From NCBI GenBank assembly GCA_029258885.1, contig JAPDJW010000001.1, positions 64,001 through 128,000 of the forward strand: 64,000 nt of DNA, given 5' to 3'. The DNA comes from Thermoproteota archaeon. GTDB lineage: Archaea > Thermoproteota > Thermoprotei > Thermofilales > B9-G17. Shown piece by piece: positions 54,519 to 63,450 of this stretch. The position numbers and the translations under genes were made by a program. Numbering within the stretch: position 1 is the stretch's first letter; each line of letters opens with the position of its first letter. The notes below the pieces were generated by a model. The model was not told the origin of the DNA and did no database searches. It saw only the letters and a program-made list of their open reading frames with translations.

Positions 54519-56900
54519 ATGAGGCGAAAGGATCTTATCAAATACATACTTGAGAAGCTGGAGGTAGCAAGGGTAAATAATCATAGGATAATGGTTGTGT
54601 TTACGGGGGAATCTTACGATAAAAGCTTAAAGATAGTGGCATTGCTAATGAAGCAGATAGCTAAACATGCACTTTCAAGAATAAATCTCCTATATGTTTA
54701 TCATGCTTTCTATGAGGATAGCGTTTTAAGAAGGGATACATTTTCAAGTCTGCTTTCAAAAACTAAAAAGGTAGCTATTCACTATGTATCGTATCATGAG
54801 GCTGGTAAGGTACTGGGTTTAACGTTTGATCATTCAGTATTAGATCTCTATAACAACCTTGAGCCTAACGATATCGGGAAGCTTATCGGAGTAACAAAGG
54901 GCGGGGGACTTATAATATTATTAACGCCCGACTTTAATCATTGGCTTAATATAACTACTAGATTTCAACAAACCTTAACTACGCATAAATACACGACGGC
55001 GCATTTAAGGCGAATATTTGTTAGAAGATTCATTAACAAGCTTTTCCAGCACGACGGGATCATGATATATGATGTTGATAAAAATAAAATATTGAAGGAA
55101 TTAAAGATTGAGAAACGTGCATTTAAGAAGAGAGAGTTAAAGTTTCCTCAAAAAGCAATTTTCCCCTATAAAGTATATTCGATGGCATTAACTCAGGATC
55201 AAGTCGAGGTTATTCATATTTTAGAAAGGCTCTATGAGAAACCTGAAAAGAAGGTCGCTGTAGTTATAACAGCCGATAGGGGGAGGGGTAAATCATGCGC
55301 CGTCGGCATAGCATTGGCGGCCTTGGCTCACAAGTTGAGAAGAGCTAAAGGTAGAAGTAAGATAATTGTAACAGCACCTAACGAGAGTAATGTCCAGCCC
55401 TTATTCGGTTTACTCATAAGAACGCTTGAGGAATTAAACTACAACGTGAATATAGATACCAGGGAGGATTATATTGTCTCAGTTAAGTGTAAGGGTATAG
55501 ACATAAAGTATTATTCGCCAATAGATGCCATTAGGACTGCAGGAGATATAATAGCAGTAGACGAGGCAGCTTCATTACAAGTACCGATGCTATATCTAAT
55601 ACATAGGAAATTTAATAGAGCTATTTTCTCTTCAACCATACACGGCTACGAAGGTGCAGGAAGAGGATTTTCCGTTAGGTTTTTGTCGACAATAAAGAAA
55701 GACGTAGATACAATTGTTATAGAGTATGATATGGAGGAACCAATTAGATACGCAATAAATGATCCCATCGAGGCATGGCTTTTCGATACACTACTGCTTG
55801 ATGCAGAGCCATTAACGCTTTCAGAGGATGATTTGAAAGATATAGAGGCGAGTAATTATCAGTACATTAAACCTGAGTATGAAAACTTCTTCCTAAAGCA
55901 GGAAGATAAGCTAAGGCAATTCATAGGAATCTATATTATGGCACACTACAGGAACAATCCCAATGACCTAGGCATGATGATGGATGCGCCACACCACGAT
56001 GTCAGGTACATTGAGTTGCCCTCCGGAAAAATTATAGCATCCATAGAGTTAGCTGAAGAAGGTGATATAGATGAGGAGCTAGCAAGAGAGCTAGCGAAGG
56101 GAGCATGGATTGCTGGAAATATTATACCTGATAGATACATCAAACATTATAAGGTGTTAAGTTTTGGTAAGAGAATTGGATGGCGTATTGTCAGAATAGC
56201 TGTTCATCCATCTGCTACAGATATGGGTATAGGATCCAAGGCTTTAAGCTTTATAGAAGAGGAGGCTAAGGCACGTGACTACGATTGGGTTGGTGCAGGC
56301 TTTGGAGTAAATAGGATCCTTCTTAATTTCTGGCTTAAAAATGGATATATTCCAATACATATTAGTCCCGATAGAAATCCGGTAAGCGGGGAATACACAG
56401 TAATAGTCTTGAAGCATTTAAAGGAGGATGTGAAAAGATACATAATTTTTGCTAATAGGGAGTTTAGGAGAAAACTGCTGAATTCTCTACACGAACCTTA
56501 CCATGATCTTGATCCTGAGGTAGCTCTAATGCTATTGGATGTTCCATACACGGATGAGCCGATAGAAAAACTTGAACTTTCGGATGCTCAGATCGGCAGG
56601 CTATTATCCTACTCGTGGAGCACGATGACCGTCGAGAACTGCATGGATGCCGTAACGAAACTCGTAAAACACTATTTCTCCGACACATCTCCGGACAAAC
56701 CACAATTGTCGAAGATGCAGAAACTATTGCTAATAGTTAGGATACTTCAGGCTAAATCTTGGAGGTATACGTGTGAGGATCTAGGACTATCCCCAGCTCA
56801 GGCGATGTCGTTACTGAGGGAAACCGTTAGAGCATTGACTTCACATTATTTGGATGTAAAAAGCAAGGAGGAAGCAGAAAGTTTCGCTATCGAAGTATAA
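54519..56900 (+). CDS. tmcA: tRNA/rRNA cytidine N4-acetyltransferase (TmcA/Nat10)
   Basis: TADRGRGKS, DEAA, STIHGYEG.GRGF, EPIRYA..DP.E.WL, RIAV.P. Confidence 0.93.
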   Translation: MRRKDLIKYILEKLEVARVNNHRIMVVFTGESYDKSLKIVALLMKQIAKHALSRINLLYVYHAFYEDSVLRRDTFSSLLSKTKKVAIHYVSYHEAGKVLGLTFDHSVLDLYNNLEPNDIGKLIGVTKGGGLIILLTPDFNHWLNITTRFQQTLTTHKYTTAHLRRIFVRRFINKLFQHDGIMIYDVDKNKILKELKIEKRAFKKRELKFPQKAIFPYKVYSMALTQDQVEVIHILERLYEKPEKKVAVVITADRGRGKSCAVGIALAALAHKLRRAKGRSKIIVTAPNESNVQPLFGLLIRTLEELNYNVNIDTREDYIVSVKCKGIDIKYYSPIDAIRTAGDIIAVDEAASLQVPMLYLIHRKFNRAIFSSTIHGYEGAGRGFSVRFLSTIKKDVDTIVIEYDMEEPIRYAINDPIEAWLFDTLLLDAEPLTLSEDDLKDIEASNYQYIKPEYENFFLKQEDKLRQFIGIYIMAHYRNNPNDLGMMMDAPHHDVRYIELPSGKIIASIELAEEGDIDEELARELAKGAWIAGNIIPDRYIKHYKVLSFGKRIGWRIVRIAVHPSATDMGIGSKALSFIEEEAKARDYDWVGAGFGVNRILLNFWLKNGYIPIHISPDRNPVSGEYTVIVLKHLKEDVKRYIIFANREFRRKLLNSLHEPYHDLDPEVALMLLDVPYTDEPIEKLELSDAQIGRLLSYSWSTMTVENCMDAVTKLVKHYFSDTSPDKPQLSKMQKLLLIVRILQAKSWRYTCEDLGLSPAQAMSLLRETVRALTSHYLDVKSKEEAESFAIEV

Positions 56901-56963
56901 TTTTCTCATCTTTCGGTTAAATAATGTTCTAGGGAAGGCTTATGGCATCCAAACTCGTTATAA

Positions 56964-57191
56964 TATTCTACTCAATACATAAGTGCAAAATGGAATCCTA
57001 TGCTTAGAGCCCTATCGGGGAATGGGAGCTATGCTCCAAGCCCTATAGGGCTAAACGTAGATGGGAGAGCTGTGCCGTTGCCCTCGACGGCCACCCGTGA
57101 CCCCATAGCCCTACCCAAAGGGCTATGGACGAAGCGGAAGTCCCTACCGCAAAAACAAATTTATATAGGATAATGCGGTAGGGATAAACGG
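56964..57191 (+). mobile_element. Probable remnant of the 3' end of an IS200/IS605 tnpB gene with omega-RNA-like structure
   Basis: Open frame YISAKWNPMLRALSGNGSYAPSP.GL.VDGRAVPLPSTATRDP...LWTKRKSL resembles Thermoprotei TnpB tails (from recollection); five hairpins in a GC-rich island. Confidence 0.5.
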
Positions 57192-57197
57192 AGAATC

Positions 57198-58229
57198 ATG
57201 GGAGTAAATCTTAAGGATTTAGTACCGCGTAAGGAAATAGAATTAGCGTATTTATCTGGGAAGATTATAGCAATAGATGCCTATAATGCACTATATCAGT
57301 TTTTAGCTACTATTAGGCAGCCTGATGGAACGCCTCTAATGGATTCCAGGGGTAATATAACTAGCCATTTAAGCGGATTGCTTTACCGTACCGTTAATTT
57401 CTTAGAGTTGGGTATAAAGCCTGTATACGTATTCGATGGAACACCTCCCGAGTTGAAGAGCGCTGAAATTATGAAACGTATACAACTGAAGGAAGAGGCT
57501 ATGAAAAAATATAAGGAAGCATTGGAGAGAGGAGATTTAGAGGAAGCTAGAATATATGCACAGCAGACATCTAGGCTCACGGATAGGATGGTTAATGATG
57601 CTAAGGTTTTGCTTGATTTGCTTGGTGTGCCTTGGGTTCAGGCGCCTTCTGAGGGTGAGGCTCAAGCTGCATATATGGCTTTAAAGGGCGATGTATGGGC
57701 AACAGCAAGCCAAGACTACGACTCCCTACTCTACGGAACACCAAGACTTGTTCGAAACATCACGATTTCGGGCAGGAGGAAGCTCCCTAGAAAAAATGTA
57801 TACATTGAGATTTCTCCTGAATTAATTGAATTAAAGAACGTCTTAGAAACTCTTGGAATAACAAGGGAACAATTGATAGCAATAGGTATCCTCTTAGGGA
57901 CGGACTATAATCCGGGTGGGGTAAAGGGTATAGGACCTAAGAAGGCCTTAAAATTGGTAAAACAGTATGGAACCATAGAGAAGATAGTCCCGATAGTTGG
58001 GAGAAAAGCTTTTCCTGTTGATCCATTAGAGATAGAGAAAATATTTCTTAAACCTAAGGTTACTGATAATTATACTTTAACATGGAAAGAGCCTGACGAG
58101 GACGGTTTAATAAGTTTTCTATGCGATGAACACGACTTCTCTCTTGAAAGGGTTAGGAAAGCCGTGGAAAGAGCTAAGAAGGCTATGGCCGCAACGATGA
58201 GGCAGGCGAGCCTAGAGACATGGTTCTGA
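57198..58229 (+). CDS. fen: Flap endonuclease 1 (canonical)
   Basis: MGV, IDAYN.LYQFL..IRQPDG.PL, EGEAQ, SQDYD, GTDY, PIP box QASLETWF. Confidence 0.96.
   Translation: MGVNLKDLVPRKEIELAYLSGKIIAIDAYNALYQFLATIRQPDGTPLMDSRGNITSHLSGLLYRTVNFLELGIKPVYVFDGTPPELKSAEIMKRIQLKEEAMKKYKEALERGDLEEARIYAQQTSRLTDRMVNDAKVLLDLLGVPWVQAPSEGEAQAAYMALKGDVWATASQDYDSLLYGTPRLVRNITISGRRKLPRKNVYIEISPELIELKNVLETLGITREQLIAIGILLGTDYNPGGVKGIGPKKALKLVKQYGTIEKIVPIVGRKAFPVDPLEIEKIFLKPKVTDNYTLTWKEPDEDGLISFLCDEHDFSLERVRKAVERAKKAMAATMRQASLETWF
57588..57751 (+). repeat. 164-bp exact repeat, copy 2 (copy 1 at 42329-42492)
   Basis: Base-by-base identity. Confidence 0.95.
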
Positions 58230-58690
58230 ATAATTATTGGTATGCAATTGAAGTAGTACACGCGTATGGACACCCCAACGTTAAAGCTACGCATAGATCT
58301 ACATTCGAGATAACGAGGGAAAGTTTTCTCACGGAAAGGGGAGACTGTATAATAGCCGTAAACGCAGATAAGGCAGTTAATGATTTTTCCGAAAAATTTA
58401 AAAACATATGTAGGAATGAGAACAGTATAATAATAATTTTACTTCTGGCGGATTCGAATTTTGATGTTATCATTGCAAGAGGACATAGGTTTCTTAAATT
58501 ATCCAGTAATATCTCCATTGTAGTTAGGAAAAGCGAGTTTATTGATGAGCGTACGCTCGCAGTTTGCGCTTCAAAGGCTGCAAGGGATCTTAAGCGTGAC
58601 TTAGTGATAATGCTCAGGAATCCGAACATCCTACTGAAGGCTATACTAATAGCCTTTGCTCCGAAGAAAAGTGGGCCCGGTGGGATTTGA
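58220..58690 (+). CDS. DUF371 family protein
   Basis: A.GHPNV.ATH.STFEIT.E..LT..GDCII...ADKA, S..RKS..ID.RT. Confidence 0.85.
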   Translation: MVLNNYWYAIEVVHAYGHPNVKATHRSTFEITRESFLTERGDCIIAVNADKAVNDFSEKFKNICRNENSIIIILLLADSNFDVIIARGHRFLKLSSNISIVVRKSEFIDERTLAVCASKAARDLKRDLVIMLRNPNILLKAILIAFAPKKSGPGGI

Positions 58691-58771
58691 ACCCACGATT
58701 CGGGCTCAACCTTCCTAAGGCTGAGACCCCCGCCGTGTGAGGGCGATGTCCTACCGCTAGACCACGGGCCA
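58672..58771 (-). tRNA. tRNA-Val(CAC) with a 28-nt variable-loop intron (58699-58726, position 46/47); position 1 encoded as T (U1:C72)
   Basis: TCGCC-CT CAC AC-GGCGG; BHB with central CGGG/CCCG and bulges GG|T and AA|T; spliced variable loop GGGTC. Confidence 0.92.
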
Positions 58772-58783
58772 AAATAAGTATTG

Positions 58784-59560
58784 TTATGTTGCTATATAAC
58801 TTTTGCGAGAACATCTTCCTGTTTCTTCGCAAGCTATTTTTTCGCGTATTTGTCTAGCTAAGCCTAAAATAGTTTGAAGTTCGTACATATTTATCAATGA
58901 TCTTCCAAGAATACGCTTTATGACTAGTTTCGTTTTCTGTCTTTTAGACACCGCTAGCTTCAAATGATCCAGTATATCATCAATGAAGCTATAGAACCTA
59001 GATAATCCAATATTGTTTTCTCGGATCGCTATTAGTCTGCCTTTCCTCATGGGGAGCGTACTTTCATAATATATGAATTTGAATATTTCATAAAATATTA
59101 TGGTGGCAGCATGAGATAAATTCAAGATAGGGTACTCCGGATTAGCTGGAATTGTAACTATTATATCGCATAAGGCTAGTATATCGTTTGTAAGTCCTAT
59201 ATCCTCTCTTCCGAAAATTATAGCTACTTTACAGTCGTCTAAGGATAGAAGCTTTAAAGCTAATTCCTCTGGTGTAATTGCCTGTCGAAGAATATTCTTT
59301 ATTCCTCCTTTCTTACCTGTAGTTCCCACAATATAGTCTACTCCTGCCAAGGCATCTTCTAGTCTTTCGACGATAACAGCTTTTTTTAGGATATCATCGG
59401 CATGAACAGAATACACTTGTGCTGTTCTACCCAATCTAGCGAGAGGTGAAACTATATACAATTCGCTTAAACCAAAATTCTTCATATTTCTTGCTACGTA
59501 CCCTATATTTATTTCAAAAAGAGGCTGGTAAAGAATAATTCTAATATTCTTCAATTTCAA
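58784..59560 (-). CDS. trmJ: SPOUT tRNA C32 2'-O-methyltransferase (TrmJ family)
   Basis: NIG.VAR.MKNFG, FGRED.GL, IPA...YP.LNLSHA. Confidence 0.88.
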   Translation of the reverse strand: MKLKNIRIILYQPLFEINIGYVARNMKNFGLSELYIVSPLARLGRTAQVYSVHADDILKKAVIVERLEDALAGVDYIVGTTGKKGGIKNILRQAITPEELALKLLSLDDCKVAIIFGREDIGLTNDILALCDIIVTIPANPEYPILNLSHAATIIFYEIFKFIYYESTLPMRKGRLIAIRENNIGLSRFYSFIDDILDHLKLAVSKRQKTKLVIKRILGRSLINMYELQTILGLARQIREKIACEETGRCSRKSYIAT

Positions 59561-59564
59561 GGAG

Positions 59565-59765
59565 CTATAACCTCTTTACCAGTGATATTAATGCAACTAT
59601 TAAAAAGGCTATAGCTGTTAACGTTAAGCTTCCGGTTATCAGGTAAACTATTAGGGCTACTATGAGGGCTGGAAGAAGTAGTATGATTACCTTTACTATT
59701 AGAATGAAGATTAGTAGAGCTATTATGAAGAATATACCCGCCAATATTATTTCAATTATCATCAT
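59565..59765 (-). CDS. Small hydrophobic membrane protein
   Basis: 66 aa, almost entirely hydrophobic. Confidence 0.6.
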   Translation of the reverse strand: MMIIEIILAGIFFIIALLIFILIVKVIILLLPALIVALIVYLITGSLTLTAIAFLIVALISLVKRL

Positions 59766-60024
59766 GAACTTATCCTTGATACAAGTATATAAGTATGGCG
59801 CGGTCTCGAACTATATTGTAAACTGCATGCTCTGATCTCTATCGGGAGAAGTTCTAATGTTTGCATTTCTCTCCAAGCTATTGTCGGAGGGAAATAGCAC
59901 TATAATTGAGGTGAAAAAATAGAGTATGGATCCTAGCGTAGTGGATCTTCTATAAAGAGCAAGAGTAAATCTAATATATCCTTTAATCAAAATAAGCCTT
60001 CAGTAAGATAGCAGGTAGCAATGG

Positions 60025-60894
60025 GTGAATATATTGACAATATATGAAATAGCTGTTAATATAGCCTTAGGAATACTTTTTTCACTACTCATAGGGTTAC
60101 CGTCCTATAAAAAGGGATACGTGGATAAATCGGGTCTATTAACAGCAATGATTGTCGGAACACTCGTCTTCGTTGGGGGATGGCAATACTTCATAGTAAT
60201 TCTGGCTTTCTTTATATCCTCAAGTAAAATTACCAAATATAAATATGATATAAAGCTTGCAAGGCAGGCAGCTGAGAAATGGGCAGGGCGGTCATATATG
60301 CAGGTCATAGGGGCTGGCGGAGTAGCTGCATTGATGGGTTTAATACTTTTCCTCTTAAGGATATTCGAACATAGTTCGATGCCCGAGCTTATTGTTTACG
60401 GGCTTCTCGGAGCTATAAGTGCATCAAATTCAGATACGTGGGCCGTTGAAATAGGAGCATTATCGAATGAGGAGCCTGTACTCATAACTAATCCAACTAG
60501 AAGGGTTCCCCATGGAACTAGTGGCGGCGTAACGAAGCTCGGAGAGCTAGCAAGTTTCCTAGGAGCAACATTTATAGCAATAGTAGCAGCATTAATACTT
60601 TTCATTTTCCCCGACAGTATATTGCCAAATGAACCTTTACTAGTAGCAAAAATTTTCATAATAACATTTATTTCGGGTTTTATAGCTGAAAAGATAGATA
60701 GTGTGCTTGGAGCTACGGTACAGCTAAAATACTGGTGTCCTAAGTGTAATAAGGAGACTGATAACAAGATACATAAATGCGGTACAAAAACTAGATATTA
60801 TAGGGGGTATCGTATCATAACAAATGAGGTTGTAAATATACTGTCTACTACCGCTGGAGCGCTAATAGCAATATTTTTAGGAATGCTAGTATAA
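60025..60894 (+). CDS. DUF92/TMEM19 family membrane protein
   Basis: FF.SSS..TK, R...QV...GG, DTWA.EIG, G.SGGVT..G, DS.LGAT.Q, NE.VN. Confidence 0.88.
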   Translation: MNILTIYEIAVNIALGILFSLLIGLPSYKKGYVDKSGLLTAMIVGTLVFVGGWQYFIVILAFFISSSKITKYKYDIKLARQAAEKWAGRSYMQVIGAGGVAALMGLILFLLRIFEHSSMPELIVYGLLGAISASNSDTWAVEIGALSNEEPVLITNPTRRVPHGTSGGVTKLGELASFLGATFIAIVAALILFIFPDSILPNEPLLVAKIFIITFISGFIAEKIDSVLGATVQLKYWCPKCNKETDNKIHKCGTKTRYYRGYRIITNEVVNILSTTAGALIAIFLGMLV

Positions 60895-60974
60895 AGGTAC
60901 TACAATTAAGGCGCTATATTTCACCTACATGAGTCTCTTCGAGATGGTATCTCTATATTATTTCATCTTAACAA

Positions 60975-61421
60975 CTAATAAGAAGTTCTCTCTTTTAAGA
61001 TTCTAACTAAAAGCAGAATAGCCATAAAATTGGATGTTGTACTTACAATTAATGCCTCCAATATTCTGTTTATTAATAGAAGTAAAAATGAAGAGAATGA
61101 TAATGAGGATGTTAGGGCGATGTAAAGCAGATATGCTGGTATTGGCTTACATCCGATAAATATTAAGTTCTTCATGCCTTCCAAACGAACTGTTTTCTTT
61201 ATGGCATATTTTCCATCAGGTAATCTTTCTATAAGTTCCTCTTTCTCTAAAATTTTCAGATGATAAGCCGCCAAACTCGGACTGCTTAAGTTAAGTTTCC
61301 GCTGAAGCTCCCTTATTCCAATAGGTTTACCATGCATTAACATGAATTCGTATATTTTTACCGTCGTCCTAGAAAATTGCTTTTTAGTTCCTTTAGCCCT
61401 CAACTTCCCACTATCTGCCAT
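60975..61421 (-). CDS. Winged-HTH regulator with C-terminal transmembrane helices
   Basis: IG.RELQR.L.LSSPSLA.YHL..L followed by two hydrophobic segments. Confidence 0.75.
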   Translation of the reverse strand: MADSGKLRAKGTKKQFSRTTVKIYEFMLMHGKPIGIRELQRKLNLSSPSLAAYHLKILEKEELIERLPDGKYAIKKTVRLEGMKNLIFIGCKPIPAYLLYIALTSSLSFSSFLLLLINRILEALIVSTTSNFMAILLLVRILKERTSY

Positions 61422-61737
61422 TTTTAACTACCTGTAAAAAAGAGATAACAGCTGATAAGATTATCTATGGATATTGAAGTAGTAACTAAAAGCGCTTTCT
61501 CATATATATCTCTAAATAACCTAAACACAGTTTATCATGTTATTTTATATGGGTAAGGATGTAGACCCTTGTTTTATAGCTGTATATTTGTAAGGATATA
61601 AAAGAATGTTTTTACTTCCTGCTGTGCGTTAACAGGGTTTACGAGATCCTAGCTTTATAGTACTGATTTTAAGCTTCGATTAACCTATAAAATATTCTCG
61701 GCGTGAACGAAAGATAAATATATGTTGACTAAGAACA

Positions 61738-62151
61738 ATGAAGCCGATACTTAGTTTAAAACGTGATACTATGAGGGTTCCTCGTTCATTTCACGATAAA
61801 GTAAGACGCTTAGTCCAGGATATCATTTCAAGCGAATATTTTAATTACTTAGTAGTAGCATTAGCAGCACTGCTTATGAGCGGTGTGATATACGCGGTAG
61901 TGGAGCAACCCAGGGTAATGTGGGGGGATGTTTTCTTTTATCCGAGTACGCTAGGGCAGACATGGGCAGAGGTTATTATAATAGCTATGAGCTATATGCT
62001 CTGCTTTATAGGAATGTACTTAATATATAAGTCTCATAGGTATCTCTATGAACCTAAACATGCTAGTATTATGATGATTGTAGGAACATTGATACTATTT
62101 GTCTCATTAGTTCTTCTCATGATAATATATGGCGTAAAGAGAGGGTGGTAG
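61738..62151 (+). CDS. OST3/OST6/OSTC(DC2)-like three-TM membrane protein
   Basis: LLMSGVIY.VVEQP...GQ...E......L..IG...I..S...IG...L.VS..L.....K pattern aligns by eye with OSTC/OST3 C-terminal transmembrane regions. Confidence 0.65.
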   Translation: MKPILSLKRDTMRVPRSFHDKVRRLVQDIISSEYFNYLVVALAALLMSGVIYAVVEQPRVMWGDVFFYPSTLGQTWAEVIIIAMSYMLCFIGMYLIYKSHRYLYEPKHASIMMIVGTLILFVSLVLLMIIYGVKRGW

Positions 62152-62804
62152 ACTTACGCGGAAAAGAGATGGACAAGAGCTTTTTCTCCGTCTATCTTGT
62201 GTATGGCTATAATAATTTGGTTAAGTCGCTTGTAGCACTTCATTTAGGAGCAACTTTATGTAGTCTCTTAAGCGAATATGATATGCTGTTTATATCACCA
62301 GCAAAGTACCTGTCAAAGCACCATCTACGTATTTTATCCTTATATGGAATAGAGAAGCATTTTTCATTTATCCTAATGGAGGATCCTCTCGATCAGTACA
62401 ATATAGTAAATAGCTTACTACTTTTCTCATCAAGAAAGAATCTTATAGTAATACTAGATAATTTCACGATATTTCCTCTAAGAATCTACGGAAGTAGAAG
62501 GTTGAACCTAAAGTCTCAAAAGGCGTTTGTAGAACAGGCAGCAATGATCAAGCATATTAGTAGGAAAAACAATACGCCATTCATTTTAACAGCACCTGAG
62601 CATGGCGATAAACCCATGTACTGGCGTTTTATAGAAAAATACGTGGATCGACTTTATAGAGTTTCCATAGATGGAGAAATCGTGAAATTGACGATAGTTT
62701 CAAAAGATCTCTCTTTAATAGGGAGTTACGAGCTTGGAGAAATAGAGGATTTAGTTCAAGAAGATTTAAGAAAGCTAATGGTGAATATACTTGAGAGATA
62801 TTAA
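62145..62804 (+). CDS. Degenerate RecA/RadB-fold protein
   Basis: YLVYGYNNLVKS (decayed Walker A), IVILDN (Walker B-like). Confidence 0.45.
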   Translation: MVDLRGKEMDKSFFSVYLVYGYNNLVKSLVALHLGATLCSLLSEYDMLFISPAKYLSKHHLRILSLYGIEKHFSFILMEDPLDQYNIVNSLLLFSSRKNLIVILDNFTIFPLRIYGSRRLNLKSQKAFVEQAAMIKHISRKNNTPFILTAPEHGDKPMYWRFIEKYVDRLYRVSIDGEIVKLTIVSKDLSLIGSYELGEIEDLVQEDLRKLMVNILERY

Positions 62805-63450
62805 AAACCTGCTTCGTAACTCTAAAGTTTTAATAGTCATAGGTGACTACAAGGAATATCTAAAGCTAGATAAACTTATGGCTTTTCTTAGTTTGAAAGA
62901 TACAGAAGTTGTGCATATAGAAGATTTAGCTAAATTTAACCTAAGTTTCTTTGATATTATTTTAAGTACTAGAAAGATAGACTGTATTGAAGCGGATAAT
63001 GTGATTGTCATTAAAAATACCTTTCATACGTTGCTTGACATAGTCAGAGTATTGACTAACAAAGAGCGTTTGTCAAGGATTGTTTTAGGCTTAGACCCTG
63101 GAGCAAGCAAAAGCGGTATCGTAATTTTAGCGGATGGGGTATTAATTTACTCTTGTTCCATCAACAGAGAAGCAATTGGTAAAATTCGTGAGATATTATC
63201 AAGCCTAGCTACATATAAAAACGTTGATAAAATAACATTAAGGGTAGGTTTTCAAGGCTTAGATGTTTTAGCGGATTTTCTTAAGGAATCAGTCATTGAA
63301 GGAAATGATTTTATAGAGTTTGAGGTTGTGAATGAGGCTGATGTAAAGTGGATGAAAGATATCTATAAGGAGGTATTTAACGACCCGGATATCCTTTCAG
63401 CTTTTGTAATAGCTTCAAGCAAGGGGAAGCCCTACGAGAAAAGCACTTGA
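62791..63450 (+). CDS. Protein with a C-terminal YqgF/RNase H-like domain
   Basis: VLGLDPG.SKSG...VVNE...D.DILSA..IA..G acidic triad. Confidence 0.55.
   Translation: MRDIKNLLRNSKVLIVIGDYKEYLKLDKLMAFLSLKDTEVVHIEDLAKFNLSFFDIILSTRKIDCIEADNVIVIKNTFHTLLDIVRVLTNKERLSRIVLGLDPGASKSGIVILADGVLIYSCSINREAIGKIREILSSLATYKNVDKITLRVGFQGLDVLADFLKESVIEGNDFIEFEVVNEADVKWMKDIYKEVFNDPDILSAFVIASSKGKPYEKST

Noticed and set aside
57005-57150. GC-rich island as RNase P RNA, 5S rRNA or SRP RNA
   Set aside because: It lacks the P4 pair (GAGGAAAGUCC...AACAGAA) and the 5S and SRP signatures, and is too short; a TnpB-tail interpretation fits better.
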